The notes below the pieces were generated by a model, which made no database searches, was not told the DNA's origin, and saw only the letters and a program-made list of their open reading frames with translations. Below, one piece after another: positions 9,553 to 17,484 of a stretch of 64,000 nucleotides of DNA. Origin of the DNA: Akkermansiaceae bacterium (GTDB lineage Bacteria; Verrucomicrobiota; Verrucomicrobiia; Verrucomicrobiales; Akkermansiaceae); NCBI GenBank assembly GCA_051251915.1, contig JBPOGF010000020.1:1-64000 (forward strand), in the 5' to 3' direction. Within the stretch, counting starts at the first letter, position 1, and the number at the start of each line of letters is the position of its first letter. Position numbers and translations under genes: made by a program.

Positions 9553-10008
9553 CTAAAAAAACTGGCCAATAATTCGCTCTAAATGTTCAGCGTCTATATC
9601 ATCAAAACTACTCTTAGCTGTCGAGTCAATATCCAACACCGCAACAATTTCGCCACCTACTCTAACAGGAACCACCACCTCACTCTCAGAAGCAGCATCA
9701 CAAGCTATGTGCCCAGCAAAGGCATGCACATCCTCCACCACCTGAGTCTCCCCACTCTCCACCGCCGTCCCACAAACACCCCTACCCACAGCAATCCTCA
9801 AACAAGCCGGAGTCCCCTGATAAGGCCCCACCACCAGCCCCCCATCCATCATCCTATAAAACCCCGTCCAATAAAAATAATCAAACGCATTGTGCAACAC
9901 CGCCACAACAGAAGCCATCTTCACAATCTCATCCCCCTCACCATCCAGCAATCCCTTCAGCTTCATCAAGCACCCATCATAAATATCAACCTTTTCTTCC
10001 TTCGTCAT
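9553..10008 (-). CDS. msrC: GAF-domain protein, free methionine-R-sulfoxide reductase-like
   Basis: WTGFY, GPYQGTPAC, GRGVCG, HIACDAASESEVVVP and VLDIDS motifs. Confidence 0.8.
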   Translation of the reverse strand: MTKEEKVDIYDGCLMKLKGLLDGEGDEIVKMASVVAVLHNAFDYFYWTGFYRMMDGGLVVGPYQGTPACLRIAVGRGVCGTAVESGETQVVEDVHAFAGHIACDAASESEVVVPVRVGGEIVAVLDIDSTAKSSFDDIDAEHLERIIGQFF

Positions 10009-10102
10009 ACTAAATCACTACCACAAGCCCGTAACTCCAGGAAGCAATAATCTACACCTAACCAGCTCCCCAGCCTAATCCACCAACCAAAAACTTCACC
10101 TT

Positions 10103-10323
10103 CATCAACCTTTCGTGTAATTCGTATATTTCACGGTCAAAAATAGTTCCATCAACCCAAGTTCCCTACCCATCAACCAAGTTCCGTGCCTTCAGTGCCT
10201 TCCGTGGTTCAAAAAAAATCCATCAACCCAAGCTTATTTTCATCAACCAAGTTCAGTGTAATTCAGCGACTTCAGCGGTTCAAAAATATTCCATCATACC
10301 CCCAATCACGAAAATCCGTGGTC
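10103..10323. repeat. Three degenerate ~70-bp tandem units plus a partial fourth, each with an internal 9-10 bp triplicated motif
   Basis: Units start at about 10103, 10171 and 10241: CATCAACC..TTC(c/a)GTG..TTC.G...TTC.G.GGT(T)CAAAAA...TCCATCA. Confidence 0.8.
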
Positions 10324-10420
10324 CCACACCGCAAGTCAAAACCCAAGCAACCTAAAACATAAAACCTAACCACTTAAAACCTTCCTTGTGAAATCCAATT
10401 TACACCTGTAAATTCACCAT

Positions 10421-12457
10421 ATGACCCAACCAGTCACCACTAACTCCCAATGGATTTCCAAATGGCCAGCAGACGGCACCGCACTCAATCTTTCACAAGC
10501 ACTTGAAGCGGCTAACCATGCAGAAATTTCCACAGACATCACCGCCATCCAGCGTAGCCTTCAAACCGCACAAAAACTCAGCCAACACCCCATTCTCGCC
10601 GTCACCGGACAACTAAATTCCGGAAAATCCAGCGTCGTCGCCAGCTTCCTCAGCCCATCAGGCAGATCCCGCGTCCCACGCGGATCATCCAGCGCCACCG
10701 GAACCCACCGCTTCGTCTACTGGGTCCCACAATCATGGCTAGACGACTCCTCCTTCCGCACCCTCCTCCTAGACCTCATCGCCACCGCACACCCAAACGG
10801 CGTAGAATTCCTAGACACAGACCCAGAAAAAGCCGCCGAGCAATACCGCAGCGGACGCGATCACCTAGAAACCCTCTCCATCCCACTCATCGCCGGCGAC
10901 CCCCAGCTAGACAACCTCGGCACCGGCCTGTTAGATTGCCCAGACATCCAGACTCACGACCACACAGAAAGCCAACTCTCCCTCATCCCCGCAGACAACC
11001 CACGCCTAGACTTCCTATCAGCAGCAGCCCGCGTCTGCTCAGCATTCCTCGTCGTCTGGAACCGCGCCGCCATCCGTGACCGCCTCATAGAAATCATGCT
11101 CAGCGCCCTCCGCCAACGCATGGCATCCGCACCACTCTATCTACTCATCAACATGATCCGCCCCGAAGAAGGGCAACCTCAGCGCACCATGTCAGACAGC
11201 GACGTCACACGTCTGTTAGAACAATTCCGCATCGCCCCAGACCACGTCTTCGGCGCATTCGACTTCGCCATCGAAGACCGCGGAGACCGCCTAGGCTGGC
11301 GACACTACACACCCACCCGACTAGTAGAAAAATTCGACCAAGCAGAAGCCCCTCAGTTCTACCCACTAGCCGAGGGCCTAGAGTCCAATACCGACCTCCA
11401 CACCCTCTCAGAAAACCTCGACATCGCAGAAATCCAGCGCACCAAAATCGCTGACCACCAGCGCGAACTCACCAACCTCCTCAACAAAGCCTCCACCTCC
11501 ATCAGCAAATGGGTCACAGAGTCAGAGGAAGAAATCTCTAACATCCACCAAGGCCTCCTCACCACCTGCCACCGCATGATGACCGAGGAAAGCACTGGCG
11601 AACCCCTCCAGATCATGTCCCCACAGTTCGCCAGCGCCCTCCACGAGAGCCTAGTAAGAACCGCCCCCTTCGCCCTCAAACTCCCGCTAAGACTCGCCAA
11701 CCCATTCGACAAAGCATTCGATAGCACCAAGAAATTCATTCGCACCCTCAACCTCAAATCCCTCGCCACAGACAAAATCAAAGACCTCGAAGGAGAACTC
11801 AAACAACACCTCAAACTAGGCTCCATCAAAATCGCCAGCAGCGACGCCCTAGCCCGCCGCATGCAAAGCCAACGCTGGTGCCCAGCCAACGCCGAAATCC
11901 AAAATCTAGAAACAGCCTGGAACAGCGTCTTTGAAACCTTCCAAAAACACCCCATCGAAACTTTCGACACAGAACTGTTAGACCGCTCAGCCCAAGACCG
12001 CTGGGATGGCTTCAGCGTCATGCAAAAGTTCACTATCGGCGGCAAAGCCCTCCTAGGAACCATCGGCGGCTTAGCCGCAGTCTGCGGCATCGCCACCCTC
12101 GCAGTAGACGGCGGCGCCACCCTCTTCGCCGCCACCTCAGTCTCCCACGCCATCAATGGCAGCATCGCCGCCGTCATCACCGCCGGCGGATCAGCCACCG
12201 CCATGATGGGCTTCCAAGACTCACTCCTAAAAGACAACACCCTCCCCTACCTCTCACGCCTATTCTCCATCACCTGTGACATCTTCCACATCCCACGCAC
12301 CATCCGCGATGAACCAACAGAGGTAAGTTTTAAAAACCCCAAAGGAAACAAAACCACCTACAAACTCTCCCCCTCACCAGAACTCCCCGTCTTCCCCCCA
12401 GTCACCCCACTCACAGACAAACGCCTCTGGAATAAAACGGACAAAGAAGAAGCCTAA
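10421..12457 (+). CDS. Dynamin-like / TRAFAC GTPase with C-terminal Gly/Ala-rich hydrophobic segment
   Basis: G1 GQLNSGKSS, G2 Thr (ATGTH), G3-like LLDCPD, G4-like INMI, a helical region, then hydrophobic ALLGTIGGLAAVCGIATLAVDGGATL. Confidence 0.7.
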   Translation: MTQPVTTNSQWISKWPADGTALNLSQALEAANHAEISTDITAIQRSLQTAQKLSQHPILAVTGQLNSGKSSVVASFLSPSGRSRVPRGSSSATGTHRFVYWVPQSWLDDSSFRTLLLDLIATAHPNGVEFLDTDPEKAAEQYRSGRDHLETLSIPLIAGDPQLDNLGTGLLDCPDIQTHDHTESQLSLIPADNPRLDFLSAAARVCSAFLVVWNRAAIRDRLIEIMLSALRQRMASAPLYLLINMIRPEEGQPQRTMSDSDVTRLLEQFRIAPDHVFGAFDFAIEDRGDRLGWRHYTPTRLVEKFDQAEAPQFYPLAEGLESNTDLHTLSENLDIAEIQRTKIADHQRELTNLLNKASTSISKWVTESEEEISNIHQGLLTTCHRMMTEESTGEPLQIMSPQFASALHESLVRTAPFALKLPLRLANPFDKAFDSTKKFIRTLNLKSLATDKIKDLEGELKQHLKLGSIKIASSDALARRMQSQRWCPANAEIQNLETAWNSVFETFQKHPIETFDTELLDRSAQDRWDGFSVMQKFTIGGKALLGTIGGLAAVCGIATLAVDGGATLFAATSVSHAINGSIAAVITAGGSATAMMGFQDSLLKDNTLPYLSRLFSITCDIFHIPRTIRDEPTEVSFKNPKGNKTTYKLSPSPELPVFPPVTPLTDKRLWNKTDKEEA

Positions 12458-12479
12458 CAATCTCTAACAATTTCTAACA

Positions 12480-14294
12480 ATGACCACTCAAAAAAACATC
12501 CCCATCGATCTCGCAGACAGAGCAGACCGCGCCGTCCGCCAACTCTTCGGCCACGATGCCCCACTCACCCACGCCGTCTCCGCTATCACAGACAACCTCC
12601 GCTCAGACATCCAGCGCATCCGCTCCGGCCAGTCCGCCGGCCCAGTCACCCTCGCCCTAGTCGGTCGCGTAGGCGAAGGCAAAAGCTGGCTCACCCGCAC
12701 CTTCCTCGCAGAAAATGATCCCGCAAACCAGATCATCCAGTCCGGCCAAAACGCCGCCGAACGCAGCATGGAGCTCACCTGGATCGGCTCCCAACAACCC
12801 CTCACAGAACTCACCTCCGGCGAACAATTCATCAAAACCTCACCACAAAACCTCCTCGACCTAGGCGCTCCCTACATCCTAGCAGACTCCCCAGGCTACT
12901 CAGACCACAATCCCTCACTAGAAGCACTCTCCAGTGTAGCCCTAGCATCCTCTAACATCAAACTCCTCGCCACCTCCGTCTCCCACATCAGAGACTCATC
13001 CCTAGCCACATTCATCGGCTCCATGGACGGCTCCCTCATCCTCCCAGTCATCCGCTTCAGACCAGAAGACCAAAAACTTACCCCCAGTGATTCTGTTAGA
13101 AACGACAGCCTAACAGAAATGCAAAACTGGATCGCCCACGCCCCCTCAGCCAGCATCCTCCCCCCCATCTTCATCCCAGATGCAGGCATCGCAGGAGACA
13201 CAGAAGCCCGCACCCTCACCCGCCAGCTCATCTCAGCCGCACTCACCCCCCTCATCGCAGACCCCGCCACCCTAGCCAAACACCGCGACAGCCAGCTCCA
13301 ACAACGCATCCAACTCACCCGCTCCCACCTCGCCAACACTCTAACAGAATTCCGCCAGCGCATCGGCACCCCAGTAGAAAAGCTCGACCAACTCTCAGCC
13401 ACACTCCCAGAAATCGTCCAGAAAGAAGTCATCGGCGAAACCTCCCAGCTCCACATCGGCATCCGCTCCCGCTTCCGCGCAGACGCCATCGAGCGCACCC
13501 CCGCACTCCTCTTCCCATACCGCTCACTAATGGGCATCCTAGGCCTCACCCACGGAGCATGGGATCGCCTCATCTTCACCACCCTAGGCAGCGTCCCCTC
13601 CCTCGTCATGACCGCCTTCCACTCCGTAAAATCATGGTCCAACACCAAAAACTTCGAGCAAACCCTCCGCGACCAATCCCGAGAACGTCTCAACTCACTC
13701 ATCAACGACGCTTACCGAGAAGACATCAAAAACTTCTCCCTAGCCCTCACAGCCGTCACCAATGAAACAAACCACCCAGAAGAAACCTCACCCAACGAAA
13801 ACGCCAACCTCATCGAAATCCAAGGCCTAACAGGCCTAGAAATCGAAACTCAAGAAATCATCACCGAAGCCATCAACAAACGCCGCATCTCCAACCTCAC
13901 CATCTGGCTCGGTGGCATCCTAGCCTTCATCATCTTCTGGACCATGCTCCTCGGCCCAGCCCTAGCCCTCTACACAGACTACTTCAGCTCCCTAAACGAG
14001 ACTGCCAAATCATTCTCAGAAGGCTGGAAACACTACCCCACACCACCAGCCTCACTCTGGCTCACCAGCTTCATGCTCTCCATGATCCCCGCCGGCATCA
14101 TCGCCATGATCATCATGTACCTCACCTGCCGCCGTGGCCGCGTCACCAAAACCTCAAACCAGATCGAGGAAAAAATCGCCACCACCATCCGCACCAGAAT
14201 CGACTCAGACAAACTCCGCCTAGTCATCAACAACCCCAAACTCCAAGCCGCCAAAACCCTCCTAAACATGTCCCGCGAGAAATCGACAGATTAA
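12480..14294 (+). CDS. Second dynamin-like GTPase with two C-terminal transmembrane helices
   Basis: G1 GRVGEGKS, G3 ADSPG; TM segments IWLGGILAFIIFWTMLLGPALALY and LWLTSFMLSMIPAGIIAMIIMYL; starts 22 bp after the first GTPase. Confidence 0.7.
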   Translation: MTTQKNIPIDLADRADRAVRQLFGHDAPLTHAVSAITDNLRSDIQRIRSGQSAGPVTLALVGRVGEGKSWLTRTFLAENDPANQIIQSGQNAAERSMELTWIGSQQPLTELTSGEQFIKTSPQNLLDLGAPYILADSPGYSDHNPSLEALSSVALASSNIKLLATSVSHIRDSSLATFIGSMDGSLILPVIRFRPEDQKLTPSDSVRNDSLTEMQNWIAHAPSASILPPIFIPDAGIAGDTEARTLTRQLISAALTPLIADPATLAKHRDSQLQQRIQLTRSHLANTLTEFRQRIGTPVEKLDQLSATLPEIVQKEVIGETSQLHIGIRSRFRADAIERTPALLFPYRSLMGILGLTHGAWDRLIFTTLGSVPSLVMTAFHSVKSWSNTKNFEQTLRDQSRERLNSLINDAYREDIKNFSLALTAVTNETNHPEETSPNENANLIEIQGLTGLEIETQEIITEAINKRRISNLTIWLGGILAFIIFWTMLLGPALALYTDYFSSLNETAKSFSEGWKHYPTPPASLWLTSFMLSMIPAGIIAMIIMYLTCRRGRVTKTSNQIEEKIATTIRTRIDSDKLRLVINNPKLQAAKTLLNMSREKSTD

Positions 14295-14442
14295 TAATCT
14301 CTACCCAAACCACCTCCCAACCACCATCACACCCCACCGAAGAATCCGTCACCAAAGAATCCCGACCCATGACTTATCAACCCATGACCTCTGACGAGCC
14401 AAAGGCTCCTAAACGGTCGAATGGCTTCATCTGGTCTATACT

Positions 14443-14482
14443 AAAAAAACCACCTTCTCCGCCTCAGCAGAAAAGATGGTTT
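14443..14482 (-). terminator. Rho-independent terminator, duplicate of the SNF2 terminator
   Basis: Minus strand AAACCATCTTTTCTGC-TGAG-GCGGAGAAGGTGGTTTTTTT; near-identical to 17422-17462. Confidence 0.75.
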
Positions 14483-14532
14483 GGAAATAGTTTCAGTGAG
14501 CGATCTGCCCACTGAGTAATGCATGGAGAAAT

Positions 14533-14777
14533 CTACCTCCTAGTCCCTCGCTTCGCTGCCTTCTTAGCAGCTTTCTTCGCCGGCTTAGTAGGATTCTCAA
14601 TGATATCATCCTCATCATCTTCCTCATTCGCACCATGCGTAAGGATGAACTGAAGATCTTCCATATCAAGGTTACTTGCAAATCCTTCGTCTCCTAGAAC
14701 ATTAGTCACCAACGCAGTCTTCTGATGCTGAAGAACACGGATCTTCTCCTCCACCGTATTTCGCGTAAGCAACCGAT
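14533..14777 (-). pseudogene. Orphan duplicate of the last ~80 codons of the SNF2 helicase gene
   Basis: Direct repeat of 17485-17729. By hand count, 19 differences in 243 nt with only one amino acid change (E/D). Confidence 0.95.
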
Positions 14778-14805
14778 CTGTTTGATTTATCTGACTAGCT
14801 ATTTG

Positions 14806-15408
14806 TTAGGCTCGACGTCGCCTTGATATAAACACATAAAAACCTAAAGCTAGTAAAACAGGAGTGCTAGGTTCAGGCACTGAGGAGAAAGTTACCGATA
14901 TAGTATCCAAGGCATTAGATGAAGATGTCCAAATAACTTGGTCTGGTGATGAGGCAGAAAATATTGTACCGAAACTAGATGCTATAGTACCAGAACGAGT
15001 CATGCTTGACACAATACTAGCTGATTCAGACGGGGATAACTCTTCCCCAAATGCATTATCCCATGCCAAAGCAGTACCATCATAGCCAAAAAAATCACCA
15101 CTTCCCATCCAGTTCGAGGCGACAAAAAGCGAATCAGTAGTAACTCCAACACTTTCTGTTTTCATCAAATTACCCACACCATTAAGGATATAATTGTTAC
15201 CTGTGATGGGTAAATTAAGAAATTGCGTACCTGTAGAAACATATGTATCACTAAAGAAACCAGACTTTTTCATTGTCACAGTTCCACCTATCAAATCTTC
15301 TGTAATCTCCCAAACTATAGCACCTTGAGCAACACTAGTAAAAGTTAGAAAGCAATTAATGCAAATTGTTAATTTTAGATATTTTGTATAGCTGATTTTT
15401 CGTGTCAT
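14806..15408 (-). CDS. PEP-CTERM sorting-domain surface protein
   Basis: Signal peptide ending near AQGA; C-terminal VPEPSTPVLLALGFYVFISRRRRA. Confidence 0.9.
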   Translation of the reverse strand: MTRKISYTKYLKLTICINCFLTFTSVAQGAIVWEITEDLIGGTVTMKKSGFFSDTYVSTGTQFLNLPITGNNYILNGVGNLMKTESVGVTTDSLFVASNWMGSGDFFGYDGTALAWDNAFGEELSPSESASIVSSMTRSGTIASSFGTIFSASSPDQVIWTSSSNALDTISVTFSSVPEPSTPVLLALGFYVFISRRRRA

Positions 15409-15573
15409 TATAATTTATTGTTATTTATATTTTTTTACTCTATTTACAAGAGTGATGTTATTTTTATTACTTAGGCTAAATTCTACGACTAAGGCACACT
15501 ATTATAAATTTAATAATATGATCTGTAATAAAAGATAAAACTCTTTTCTTAGTCTACGTAGTTAAATAATTGG

Positions 15574-16038
15574 TTAGTTAGTCTTGTTTTCGGCTTCTTC
15601 TAGAGATTTTTTAACTACAGCAAGTTTAGCGTTCAATACTTTACTAACGGCCTGCAATTCTCGGGCTTTTATAATCTGGTCAATAAGGACTTTATTTTCT
15701 TCAGGAGTGAGCGAATTAGATGACTTTAGTTTGGCTGCAGTATCTTCCATTAATTGAGCATGTTCGAGTAATTTATTTGAGTTAGCATTAAACTCTTCAG
15801 ATAGGGATTTTAGCTCATGGGACAGTTGATCCACTAGTTCAATTCTATCAGCTGCCTTCTTGCCCGTTGCCGATAGTTTGGGATCGGTAGGACTAGTAGC
15901 TTGGCTTGATTGTGAAGCCGAAGAGTCATTCTTCATCTCGGCTTCGTTACTGTCATCAGAACAAGAAACGAAGACCAATAATAGAATTGTAATAGTAATG
16001 TAAGAGACGTTCGTTCTAAATGAATTAATATTAGTCAT
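15574..16038 (-). CDS. Putative lipoprotein, coiled-coil rich
   Basis: Hydrophobic stretch followed by lipobox-like FVSC, a Ser-rich linker and a helical body. Confidence 0.65.
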   Translation of the reverse strand: MTNINSFRTNVSYITITILLLVFVSCSDDSNEAEMKNDSSASQSSQATSPTDPKLSATGKKAADRIELVDQLSHELKSLSEEFNANSNKLLEHAQLMEDTAAKLKSSNSLTPEENKVLIDQIIKARELQAVSKVLNAKLAVVKKSLEEAENKTN

Positions 16039-16218
16039 GTCGTGAGATGTTTTTTTTCGAGAACTTATTAGCTCACCAAATTCTTCGAGTGGCCGAACTT
16101 AGTCTTATGAATGAGGATTTTAAATAAGGTTAAATTTAACTTAGGTGCTTCGTAAGATAATAGCTACTATAATTTATTAGCATACCTAACCTCTCTGTTT
16201 TTCAATGCTCATTTATGG

Positions 16219-16659
16219 TTAACGATCATTGAATAGTATATATATCATCAAGGCGAAAAGACCAAGTCCAACCATAAACCTTAGTATAGGTGCAAAAACC
16301 CCACAGACTAGTCCTCCTAGTATAGCGAAACCTATTGATGCATTTTCACTATATCCATAAGTTGTATTTGCTATTTGGAAAGATCCAGCTGCACCAAGAA
16401 TCACAATGATACTATTTATACACCCATAGTTCTCAGTGCTTGAACTAGATGAACGAGTCGTTCCACCACTACTCCCATTACTGCCACTACCATTACATGA
16501 CGGACAACTCATAGTAGCTAATTGCGAAGATCTACCAGATCCTCCACAACCATAACAAGTCCCTCCTCCAGCTATTCCGCCTCCGCCGCATGAGGAGCAA
16601 GCTTGGCTTCCTCCACTATTCACATTACCCGAGCCCCCACATTGATTACATCTTCCCAT
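16219..16659 (-). CDS. DnaJ-type CxxCxGxG zinc-finger membrane protein (no J domain)
   Basis: Four repeats CNQCGGSG, CSSCGGGG, CYGCGGSG and CPSCNGSG, followed by about three hydrophobic helices. Confidence 0.75.
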   Translation of the reverse strand: MGRCNQCGGSGNVNSGGSQACSSCGGGGIAGGGTCYGCGGSGRSSQLATMSCPSCNGSGSNGSSGGTTRSSSSSTENYGCINSIIVILGAAGSFQIANTTYGYSENASIGFAILGGLVCGVFAPILRFMVGLGLFALMIYILFNDR

Positions 16660-16729
16660 CGTATTTATCTACTAAGTATTTATTTCTTGGACGAACATCT
16701 TGGGTAGGGTCTTATTCGTTTTTCAAAAT

Positions 16730-17173
16730 CTATGATAGCTTTCTCAGGCTTCTTGCTCGATCTATATCCTCTTTGAGTGACTCATAACACCCTCCAGCGA
16801 TTCCAGAAATCTTCATCTCAGCTGCATCATTAATTCTCATCTTAATAACTAAAAACGAATTGAATAAACCATTCCCTATCCTTTCCAAAGAGATATCAGA
16901 TATAAAATCCATCGAAACAGGAGAGTCATAATCACTAGAAACATCCTTATATATAAATATTACATTTCTATCTTCAAAATTAAAAGCAATAGTATTATTC
17001 GAGGTATCAGAATAATACGCAGATCCTAATGAGTATCCTCCCACATTTTCAAGCCGGTTTTCAATTTCTTTTCGTTCGCGAAGTATGCATGCACGGAAGA
17101 AGCCTACTACAATTAGCCAACCTACAACTAGCAAGCCTGCGAGCACTAATATTATTGTTATGATATTTGGCAT
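16730..17173 (-). CDS. Hypothetical protein with N-terminal membrane anchor
   Basis: 147-aa ORF with ATG and one N-terminal TM helix, co-oriented with the neighbouring cassette genes. Confidence 0.6.
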   Translation of the reverse strand: MPNIITIILVLAGLLVVGWLIVVGFFRACILRERKEIENRLENVGGYSLGSAYYSDTSNNTIAFNFEDRNVIFIYKDVSSDYDSPVSMDFISDISLERIGNGLFNSFLVIKMRINDAAEMKISGIAGGCYESLKEDIDRARSLRKLS

Positions 17174-17421
17174 ATATTTTTTTTTAACCCAGCAGTATTA
17201 AATCACTCTTCCCTACACTGCATCCCATTTTTTTCTACTGAATTAGTAACATGAGAATAATTCAAAACTTATCTTTCTACTCTGTAAGGTTCAGAGCAAA
17301 TGTAAATGTTAATCGTATAATTTACATAAGTTAAATTATTTTTCCAATATAACCCTATATTCAATGCGTAAATTAATAATATTAAGCATAAATAAAATAA
17401 CTCCCAAATCTAAAAAACCAC

Positions 17422-17462
17422 AAAAAAACCACCTCCCCCGCCTCAGCAGAAAAGGTGGTTTT
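17422..17462 (-). terminator. Rho-independent terminator of the SNF2 gene
   Basis: Minus strand hairpin AAAACCACCTTTTCTGC-TGAG-GCGGGGGAGGTGGTTTTTTT, about 22 bp after the stop codon. Confidence 0.75.
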
Positions 17463-17484
17463 GAAAATAGTTAGGACTCTTAGT

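Noticed and set aside
10103..10323. CRISPR array
   Set aside because: The units are degenerate, the variable parts resemble each other rather than being unique spacers, and there are no cas genes in the window.
5163..14269. Long antisense/overlapping ORFs (e.g. 7143-7967, 8645-9259, 11359-12240, 12896-13705)
   Set aside because: They are shadows of well-supported genes, caused by skewed codon usage, and have low-complexity H/P/L/R or M/S/R/W composition.
14369..14515. 48-codon + strand ORF (MTYQPMTSDEPKAPKRSNGFIWSIL...)
   Set aside because: It runs through the duplicated terminator and has no recognisable motif. It might be a truncated gene start but cannot be supported.
14778..16230. Integron cassettes: three cargo genes end in TAAC, as in attC R'' boxes
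   Set aside because: I could not find convincing attC stem-loops or matching R' boxes at a plausible distance, and there is no intI gene.
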